A stretch of DNA of 64,000 nt from positions 800,001 to 864,000 of the forward strand of contig CBDFIJ010000004.1 of NCBI GenBank assembly GCA_965248055.1, read 5' to 3'. Both the position numbers and the translations under genes were made by a program. A model generated the notes under the pieces. That model did not search any database. It was given only the letters and a program-made list of their open reading frames with translations, and had not been told where the DNA came from. The DNA is from Candidatus Multivoradales bacterium. Its GTDB lineage: Bacteria; Acidobacteriota; Thermoanaerobaculia; Multivoradales; JAHEKO01. Positions 57,149 through 64,000 of this stretch are shown here, piece after piece (the first letter of the stretch is position 1; each line of letters starts with the position of its first letter).

Positions 57149-58321
57149 CTAGAGCTCGCCCTGAAAGGCGCTGGATTGCAGCGAGGCAAAGAGCGTGTCG
57201 AGTTCGGCGAGGTGGGCGCGTTGGCTGGTCTTCTGTTGCTCGATGGAGTCGACGATATCGGCGAAGCGACGTTGGCGTTCTAGCGGGGGCAGAGGGATCG
57301 GGAGCTTTCGCAGATCTCGTACATTGAGGTGCTTTGATGTGGAACCCGTCATCAACCGACCTAGACGTTCCGGCGCTAGGTCGTGAACCAGAAGGCGCAG
57401 CAGGAATTTTGGATGCAACTTCGACTCGATCGTCCGAAGCTGGACGAGCCGCTGCCCCATGCATACGCGCATGCCTTCGGCCACCAGAGCTAGGACACCG
57501 ACTGTGCCTTCACGACTGAGGACGATGTCATCTGGGAGGATCTCGCTCCGCTTCGTGCGCTCCCTATAGTCGTCCTCCGTAACGAACCGAGTGTCGGTCC
57601 AGATCCACTCTCCCTTACCGAGATTCGACGTCCGCAGACAGATCACCCCCGCGTCGCTCCAGCGCGGAGTCGAGTGGGGGCAGTCGACCACCTTCTCGCA
57701 GACTTCCTCCAGACAGGGCTTCTCCCACCCCATCGGATTGGTGACAGGGTCGCCGAACAAGTCGAGGAAGGTGGATTGGAGCAGGGTGTCGAGCTGGGCG
57801 AGGGACTCGCGGCGCTTGGCCCGCAATCTGTCAGCCTGATCCAGAATCCCCGCAATCCGCTTCTGCTCGGCGAGGGGCGGGAGGGGGATTGCTGACGCCT
57901 TGACTTTGGCATCAGACACAGCCGGATAGTTCGCTCCAGTCGCCACGTCGACCATTCGCTGCACGAAGACGCCAGTCCTGACCCAGTGAAACAGGTACAT
58001 CGAGTCGAGTTCGTCGTCCTTGGGTCGAAGGACGCAGTAGCCCGTCGATGCGGTCATTCCACGCTGGGCACCATTGACGAGAGCGACACCGTTGAGGTTC
58101 GGGCGAACAGTCGCAACAAGAACGTCGCCTGTCTCTACGAGCTGCCTTGCTCTACTGGGCGCCTTGGAACACTCGTAACATTGGATAGTCACGATGGCCT
58201 TGGCGTCCTTGTCCACCGAACTCAGATCTATGTAGTCGAAGCTGCCGGAGCCAGTAGTCCGTGGATTCCAGGTATTGCACTTGTCGACGAGGTCGCCGAT
58301 GGGCTGCTCTTGCCACATCAT
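57149..58321 (-). CDS. hsdS: Type I R-M specificity subunit S
   Basis: Two TRDs; IPLPPLAEQKRIA, FLDLFGDPVTNPMGW, IPLPPLERQRRF and LFASLQSSAFQGEL motifs. Confidence 0.95.
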   Translation of the reverse strand: MMWQEQPIGDLVDKCNTWNPRTTGSGSFDYIDLSSVDKDAKAIVTIQCYECSKAPSRARQLVETGDVLVATVRPNLNGVALVNGAQRGMTASTGYCVLRPKDDELDSMYLFHWVRTGVFVQRMVDVATGANYPAVSDAKVKASAIPLPPLAEQKRIAGILDQADRLRAKRRESLAQLDTLLQSTFLDLFGDPVTNPMGWEKPCLEEVCEKVVDCPHSTPRWSDAGVICLRTSNLGKGEWIWTDTRFVTEDDYRERTKRSEILPDDIVLSREGTVGVLALVAEGMRVCMGQRLVQLRTIESKLHPKFLLRLLVHDLAPERLGRLMTGSTSKHLNVRDLRKLPIPLPPLERQRRFADIVDSIEQQKTSQRAHLAELDTLFASLQSSAFQGEL

Positions 58322-58410
58322 CCCAGCATCCCCTCCAACTCCTCACGCCCCTTCGCGATCTCCTCCTCCAGTTCCGCCAGCCGCTCAGCATTCCGATTTC
58401 TGCCTTCCAT
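58318..58410 (-). CDS. 30-aa ORF consisting of a duplicated HsdM C-terminus, coupled to hsdS
   Basis: MEGRNRNAERLAELEEEIAKGREELEGMLG*; AGGGG before the ATG; ATGA overlap with hsdS. Confidence 0.5.
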   Translation of the reverse strand: MEGRNRNAERLAELEEEIAKGREELEGMLG

Positions 58411-58597
58411 GCTCACCCCTGCAACCGGCTCGCTTTCCGTCTGAAATCGGCTCAATTCAATGCTGCTCGCTTCAAGAAATCGCCTTCTATGGGCGCCGAC
58501 TCGATTGGTAACCGACACAGAATCAGCAAGTTCTGCCAGCGGTCGCCCTAGGATCGTCGGCATCGGCTCACGGTTGACGAATCGGATCATAATCGGC

Positions 58598-60118
58598 TCA
58601 AAACGGCTCGGTGAGCCGATAATGAGTGGATCTTCCCGCACCTACTTTGGTCAAGGTTCCCTCCTCAACCAGGCCAGCCAGCAGACGCTTGGCCGTGGCA
58701 CTAGCCATGCCCAGGCGCTGGACGCAAACCTTGGTGGAAATCGTTCCAACAGCCCGGACCTCCGCCAGAACCGCTTCCCTGGGAGGGAGTTGGTGTTCTT
58801 CGCCAACGGCGGAGGCCCCACTTCGCTTCTTGGGCGATGCTTTCTTATCAGTCGCTGAGGGGCGGAGTTCAACCACCAGGCAGTCGTGATCGATGCTGAA
58901 GATGGGTTTGGGGTGACCGAACTGTTCCAGCAAGCGGACCATACGCGGGATGCCGCTGCCGCGCTCGTCCATCAACTCAAACCAGGACAGGCCCTGCACC
59001 AAAAGAGGATTTCGGGCACGCGATCGGGCTTGCCCGCGAGCCAAGCGCTCGAGCGACTGCCCCCCGGGGGGATGGCCGGGACTGCTGACCAGAAGGCGGT
59101 CAGCAAATAGTTCAATGCCGATTTTGGCACCCGCGTCCCCGTAGTCGCGATGGGCCACGGCATTGACCACTACCTCGCGCAAGACCTCCTGGGGATAGGT
59201 CTCGGTATTGACCCGCTTCAAGCCTTTGACGATCAGTGGCTTCGCGGAGTTGCGCCTGATGAACGCCACGGCGCTCTCGATTACCTGTGGCAGCGGAAGG
59301 CTCAGAATCTCTGAATCCAGGGCATCCCGGTGGCGATCGATTCCGGGAAAAGCATCCATCTGCACCCGCGCCTGAGGCAAGACGACGCCTGGGTTGCGGG
59401 CCAGCAGTAAAGCACCGGCTGTGGTGGGGCGTAGAGTGTCCCCGTCTTTCCACAAGTAACTGCGCGATAGCAGCAGCCGGTCAAGTTCACCCGGATCGAT
59501 CTGATCTTGGTCTTGGTCTTCGGCACTGGCCATCATCTCTAAAGCTAGCCCCGTGTCCAACTGGTCATAACTGAGAAGATGCAGAGGCTCCTTTTCAAAC
59601 GGAGCGGCGGAACGTCGATTCCGGTCCGCCTGTTCAAGCTGCGCGCGCCGAGGCTCAATGGAAAAAGTCTGCTCGATGTGTTCGCGGAGTCGTTTGCCAA
59701 TCGCTTCGAGCAAACTCTCTCCATCGTCGAAACGACTGTAAGTGTGACCGTGGTTTTTGATTTCCTCAAAGAACTGGCGCGCCTTCTTCTCTCGATCCGC
59801 ATCTTTCCCTTTGACGCAAACCAGCGTGGGCATCTGCAGTTCCTGGGCGAGACGATACTCTTCGTGGGTAGCGGACAGTCCGTCACCAGCGTCCGACCCA
59901 TACTTTTCGCCGAGGATCAGGAGATAGAGCTGGCATCGGCGAAGCAGGTGAAGGTAAGCCTTCGGGTTCGGGCGCAAGGGCGACGGATAGTCCTCGAAGA
60001 TTCTGGGCGCAGTGCAATCGCGCAGAAAATCTTCGGTCGAAAGGAAGCTCCCGGTGGCGATCCGTTCCGAGCGTAGCTCTTTTTGCACCGAGCTGATAAA
60101 TACCTTGAGGCGAATCAC
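58598..60118 (-). CDS. DUF4062 + RecG-C-like ATP-binding domain + C-terminal HTH protein
   Basis: KVFISSVQKEL, YLLILGEKYG, SATHEEY, YPQEVLREVVVNAVAHRDY, SPG, RNP, ERGSGI and GAGRSTHY motifs. Confidence 0.88.
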   Translation of the reverse strand: MIRLKVFISSVQKELRSERIATGSFLSTEDFLRDCTAPRIFEDYPSPLRPNPKAYLHLLRRCQLYLLILGEKYGSDAGDGLSATHEEYRLAQELQMPTLVCVKGKDADREKKARQFFEEIKNHGHTYSRFDDGESLLEAIGKRLREHIEQTFSIEPRRAQLEQADRNRRSAAPFEKEPLHLLSYDQLDTGLALEMMASAEDQDQDQIDPGELDRLLLSRSYLWKDGDTLRPTTAGALLLARNPGVVLPQARVQMDAFPGIDRHRDALDSEILSLPLPQVIESAVAFIRRNSAKPLIVKGLKRVNTETYPQEVLREVVVNAVAHRDYGDAGAKIGIELFADRLLVSSPGHPPGGQSLERLARGQARSRARNPLLVQGLSWFELMDERGSGIPRMVRLLEQFGHPKPIFSIDHDCLVVELRPSATDKKASPKKRSGASAVGEEHQLPPREAVLAEVRAVGTISTKVCVQRLGMASATAKRLLAGLVEEGTLTKVGAGRSTHYRLTEPF

Positions 60119-61611
60119 TCCAGCATCTCCGCCAGGTTCTCACGCTCTTTCGCGATCTCTTTCTCCAACTCCGCTAGCCGTTCCAGGATCAGCTTCGGCG
60201 GGTCGTATTCCACCGCCTCGTAAACCACTTCTTTATAACGGTTGATGGAAAGGTCATAGTCGTTGTCCGCGATCTCGGCTTTGGGTACCAGGAAGCTCTG
60301 GTCTGTCCGCTCGCGATCAGCCTCGCCGTCACGGTTCTGCCAACGAACGAGAATGTCCGCAAGGTCACTCTTGTCCGGCTGCGGGGTGCGCTTGTCGTCA
60401 AGAGAATAGCCGTCAGCTTGCATCTCGTAGAACCAGACGTCGTCGGTTCCGCCCCCTCGGGGATGGTCTAGGGGACTGGTCTTAGTGAACAGCAGGATGG
60501 CGGTGGAAACTCCGGCGTAAGGCTTAAAGACGCCTGAGGGCATGGAGATAATGGCGTCGAGCTTCTGGTCCTCGACCAGAATCTTGCGGAGGGTCTTGTG
60601 CGCCTTGCTGGACCCAAACAGCACCCCGTCGGGCACGATGACGGCGGCGCGGCCGCCGGTTTGGAGTTGGCGCAGAAACAAGGCGAGAAAGAGCAGTTCG
60701 GTTTTCTTGGTTTTGACGATCTGTTGCAAGTCTTTGGCGGTGGATTCGTAGTCGAGGCTGCCAGCGAAGGGCGGATTGGCGAGGACCAGCGAGTAGTTTT
60801 CCCGATCATCGTCTTCTGCTTGAGCCAGGGAGTCCCGGTAACGGATGTCCGGATTCTCCACCCCGTGCAGCAACATATTCATGCTGCCGATGCGCAGCAT
60901 GGTGTTGTCGAAGTCGTAGCCGTGGAACGTGCCCGCGTTGAAGCGACGGCGGGCCTTTGCGTCTTTGTAGATCGTGTCGCTGTGGTGCTCGCGCAGGTAT
61001 TCCGAGGCGGCCACCAGGAAGCCGGCCGTGCCGCAGGCCGGGTCGCAGATCACGTCCTTGGGTGTGGGCGCGGTCATCTCCACCATCAGCTTAATAATGT
61101 GGCGCGGGGTGCGGAACTGCCCGTTCTGTCCGGCCGTGGCGATCTTGCCGAGCATGTACTCATAGAGGTCGCCCTTGGTGTCGCTGTCAGACATGTCGAT
61201 GCTGTCGAGCTGGTCGACCACGTTGGCGAGCACCCGGGCCGTCGGCATCATGAAGAGGGCGTCCTTCATGTGGTGCGTGTAGGTCGAGTCTTCCTTGCCG
61301 TCTCCGTTGTTCCCCAGTGACTTCATGAACGGGAATACCTGGTCGCGCACGGTCTCAAACATCGGCTCCGGGGCCTCCTCTTTGAAACGCGACCAGCGCA
61401 AAGGCTCCTGATCCTCTGAGAACAACGGATCCTCGATCGGCTTGCCGGTTCGTGCCGCCTTGTCTTCCTTGCGCGTATGCAGCTCGTCCAGCCGCTTGAT
61501 GAAGAGTAGGTAGGTCAACTGCTCAATCACCGACAGCGGGTTGGAGATGCCGCCGGACCACATCGTGTCCCAGATTCGGTCGACTTTGGATTTCAGTTCA
61601 CCGGTGATCAT
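60115..61611 (-). CDS. hsdM: Type I R-M methyltransferase subunit M
   Basis: MITGELKSKVD, NGQFRTPRHII, DPACGTAGFL, LANPPF, VIVPDGVLFG and YDLSINRY motifs. Confidence 0.96.
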   Translation of the reverse strand: MITGELKSKVDRIWDTMWSGGISNPLSVIEQLTYLLFIKRLDELHTRKEDKAARTGKPIEDPLFSEDQEPLRWSRFKEEAPEPMFETVRDQVFPFMKSLGNNGDGKEDSTYTHHMKDALFMMPTARVLANVVDQLDSIDMSDSDTKGDLYEYMLGKIATAGQNGQFRTPRHIIKLMVEMTAPTPKDVICDPACGTAGFLVAASEYLREHHSDTIYKDAKARRRFNAGTFHGYDFDNTMLRIGSMNMLLHGVENPDIRYRDSLAQAEDDDRENYSLVLANPPFAGSLDYESTAKDLQQIVKTKKTELLFLALFLRQLQTGGRAAVIVPDGVLFGSSKAHKTLRKILVEDQKLDAIISMPSGVFKPYAGVSTAILLFTKTSPLDHPRGGGTDDVWFYEMQADGYSLDDKRTPQPDKSDLADILVRWQNRDGEADRERTDQSFLVPKAEIADNDYDLSINRYKEVVYEAVEYDPPKLILERLAELEKEIAKERENLAEMLE

Positions 61612-61697
61612 TAGTTGTTCCTTGTGGTCTCGGTGGCAGATTTAGGTACTTCGGTGATCGGTTGTGCTCTTCGTCCTCGTTCACGAAAACCCGGGAC

Positions 61698-62564
61698 TCA
61701 CTCTTCCGCTTCGCGTTGCTGATGCTCCTTGAGCGACATACCCTCCGCGTCCTTCCATTCGGTACGGCCATTCGCGTTACGTCCAAGGACCATGCAAGCC
61801 GCCAATGATGGCGAGGAGAATTCATGATCAGCGGTGAAGCGCAACGTATCACCCTCCAGCACCATCACGCGGTCTTCTATCAACCGCTCGCGGACGTTAT
61901 AGAGCCCCGGTGAATGTTCCTTGAAGGATGGCACGGTTGTTGGTCGTGCCTTGCTACCCGCGAAGACGACGAAGCCTGAGGCGGTCTCGGCTCCCTTACC
62001 ATCCCATTGTTTTCCCTTGAGAAAGTAGGAGCGCTTACCGGGTATGGTCTCTCCAGAACGTTCAAATGCGTTGACACCTAGCACCGGTAGCAGCGGGAGC
62101 ATCTCAGCCAAGTAGCCTTCGACCTGAGCTTCGTCCGGTTCCGAGAGTCCTGGCCTTTGCGGCCTATTGGCATTATCCAATCGGCAACGTTTGGCCTCCG
62201 TCGCCAACTCCACCAGCCGAGCTTCCAGGTATTGCACCTCCGCCTTGTTCAGCGGATCCCCCTTGGTAGTGAAGGCGACTGCAAGTTGCCAGAAGTCTTT
62301 GTTGGCGTGGTGGCTATCGAGTCGGGTGCGTAGAGTCTCAGCTTCGCCGACGTAGATAGTGGGTCGTTGCTCATCGCCCTCGTGCCCCATGAGGATGTAG
62401 ACGCCACTGTTCTGGAACTCAGGTCGCTTCTTCACCTCAGGATAGCGGCCCCGGGGGCAAACAATCCCCTGCCCCACCCAATTTGATTTCTCGACGAACC
62501 GTAACCCGTCGGGGATGCCCTCGGCGACAAAGATGCGGATGTTAAAGGGTCGAGGGTTGCTCAT
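61698..62564 (-). CDS. GIY-YIG nuclease with DUF4357-like C-terminal domain
   Basis: GVYIL, IYVGEAE, RL..H..KDFW, YLEARL and FSSPSLAA....GRNANGRTEWK motifs. Confidence 0.88.
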   Translation of the reverse strand: MSNPRPFNIRIFVAEGIPDGLRFVEKSNWVGQGIVCPRGRYPEVKKRPEFQNSGVYILMGHEGDEQRPTIYVGEAETLRTRLDSHHANKDFWQLAVAFTTKGDPLNKAEVQYLEARLVELATEAKRCRLDNANRPQRPGLSEPDEAQVEGYLAEMLPLLPVLGVNAFERSGETIPGKRSYFLKGKQWDGKGAETASGFVVFAGSKARPTTVPSFKEHSPGLYNVRERLIEDRVMVLEGDTLRFTADHEFSSPSLAACMVLGRNANGRTEWKDAEGMSLKEHQQREAEE

Positions 62565-62846
62565 GGGTTACTCCCGAACGAAGTGCCGTTGTCAAGAGCG
62601 GGTATCTTCTCAAGCGTCTATTGCGAGCCGACGAGACCCTCTGCGAGCGCCTGTTCACAGTCCATTTCGGGTCGTTTGGATTCTATACCGTAAACTGGCG
62701 ATGGCGCTGATGACAGCACCTCCGTGACTTGGAGCTCTGCGGAGTAGTAAGGTTCATCACGTTGTGAAACATCGCTCCGTCATTGTCTGCAGGGGGATAT
62801 GGCCACTTGTCGCCTGGATCCGCGGGTACTGAACAAGGCGAGCCTA

Positions 62847-62946
62847 TTGCCTTCCACGCTAACTTGGCTTGACTACTCCGAACGCGATCGACGTCGCGCG
62901 CTAGACGTTATTGATCTGTTCCGCGAGAGTGGCACGGTCGACGAAC
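62847..62946 (+). pseudogene. N-terminal stub of a DUF6361-like protein
   Basis: (M)PSTLTWLDYSERDRRRALDVIDLFRESGTVDE, then the expected LG.G.IRD continuation is absent. Confidence 0.6.
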
Positions 62947-63011
62947 AACTTCGACTTGACCACGGGCTTTGGAAATCCACGCCGTAAAGTTCGATGCAGG
63001 CCCGTCACTGG

Positions 63012-63812
63012 TCATTCTTGTGCCAGTGGTTCTTCATAGAGCGCCTGGGCGACATAGTTGATCAGCGAAATAGCTTTGAGACTGTTCGTCCTGGTGTCAT
63101 AGTCTAGTGATCGGCCGTGCAATACAAGGTGCCGATTCAAAGAGCCGCACTCATCACTAGAATCGTGCACGGACCTGTTGATAGGTAAGACTTCACAAAA
63201 CGGACTGAGGATTGCTGTGCGCATTGTTCCTACAACTTCCTTGTTCACATATTCGGCTGTCTTGAGCTTTCCGTTCTCTTTGCTGAAAATCGACAAACCC
63301 GTGACATCTATGCAAATCCCCTCGGTTTGTATGAGTAGGACGGGTATTGAGAGTGCGAACTCAGCCATCCTGTGCGCTTTGAACGCCGCCGTGATGAAGC
63401 GAGACCTGGAGCGAAAATCCACGGACAATGACTGTTCAATCGCTTCGGACTGTTTTTCAAAGTACTCGCTCAGGACCATCTCTGCGGTAGGCGCGTCGCC
63501 CTGGGTTAACTCAGCCGCGACTCTAAACAAGGCATTCATAGGCATTTGGTGGTCCAAGTACCACCCATGCTCACCTAGTACAAGAAGTGCATCCCTAACC
63601 TGTGGCGGGAGCTCCTGCTGCCAGCTGGCCGCCAAACACGCGATTTGATCGCTAACGGATTGAAGTTTCTGACGGCTGGGCTCGACGGATCGCCCGATAG
63701 CTCGCAGTTGTGTTTGCACGCTTGCAGCAATCGTCTGCATTTCGCGCGAGTGCTTCTCTAGACAGCTCTTGATCGCTTCAGCTACGAGCTGAGTATCTCT
63801 GGTGCTGGTCAT
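63012..63812 (-). CDS. Hypothetical protein with a HEPN-like RxxxxH motif
   Basis: Helical; AFKAH...FALSIPVLL.Q.EGI and LNRHLVLHG..DY.T..NSLK; start uncertain (up to 63911). Confidence 0.6.
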   Translation of the reverse strand: MTSTRDTQLVAEAIKSCLEKHSREMQTIAASVQTQLRAIGRSVEPSRQKLQSVSDQIACLAASWQQELPPQVRDALLVLGEHGWYLDHQMPMNALFRVAAELTQGDAPTAEMVLSEYFEKQSEAIEQSLSVDFRSRSRFITAAFKAHRMAEFALSIPVLLIQTEGICIDVTGLSIFSKENGKLKTAEYVNKEVVGTMRTAILSPFCEVLPINRSVHDSSDECGSLNRHLVLHGRSLDYDTRTNSLKAISLINYVAQALYEEPLAQE

Positions 63813-64000
63813 AATGACTGCCCCAAAACCTACCACGAAGGTCGACAATTCCGATTTACGGCGCATTCCCTGCGTAAGCGCGAGCCGGAAGCCAACTCGA
63901 TCAAAAGCCACCCCAACTTGAGGTCACAGTCTGTGATCTCAAGTCATTGAATTCTTGCTTGCTCAGCTGGAACATGAAGTCGTTTGGAAAACGTTCCTTG

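Noticed and set aside
57149-58321. Phase-variable hsdS shufflon
   Set aside because: Only one hsdS is present; no silent TRD copies, inverted repeats or recombinase were seen.
58411-58641. 107-aa version of the ORF upstream of hsdS
   Set aside because: Overlaps the cargo gene end, and only the last 22 aa have recognisable (HsdM) similarity; the short ATG start is preferred but unproven.

Overview
GC-rich bacterial chromosome segment. Gene content (ECF sigma/zf-HC2 anti-sigma/TPR-CHAT module) suggests Acidobacteriota, Thermoanaerobaculia-like; this is inference only. Five blocks. (1) 1-3.3 kb housekeeping: GT2, thioesterase, aroC, DUF1203-like. (2) 3.4-7 kb mosaic of truncated genes around an intact IS110-family transposase and an IS3-like remnant. 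(3) 7-12 kb: secreted protein, ArsM-like methyltransferase, CCA-adding enzyme, HGSNAT-like acyltransferase, tRNA-Thr(CGT). (4) 12.5-40 kb: a ~27 kb island, all on the minus strand, rich in proteases and lipases. In order of transcription: ECF sigma, membrane anti-sigma, putative lipoprotein TPR-CHAT protease, S8 subtilase, class IIC group II intron, a Cys-rich duplicated-domain protein + DUF1360 + small MSCCG protein, an M64 peptidase with two paralogous partner proteins, and a coupled operon of 794-aa unknown / SGNH / DUF2235 / M4-like metalloprotease / MBL hydrolase with a histone-H1-like tail. (5) 40-46 kb surface-glycan genes, then a 46.8-64 kb defence island: type I R-M, three Fic proteins, YgjP, DUF429, DUF4062-RecG-C, GIY-YIG and a HEPN-like protein. 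Best candidates for undescribed biology: the sigma/anti-sigma/CHAT-headed proteolytic island and its five-gene operon, and a cargo gene inside the type I R-M operon bracketed by a diverged duplicate of the hsdM 3' end that survives as a 30-aa ORF coupled to hsdS. All family assignments come from motifs recognised by eye; no database searches were run. No CRISPR array or rRNA was seen.
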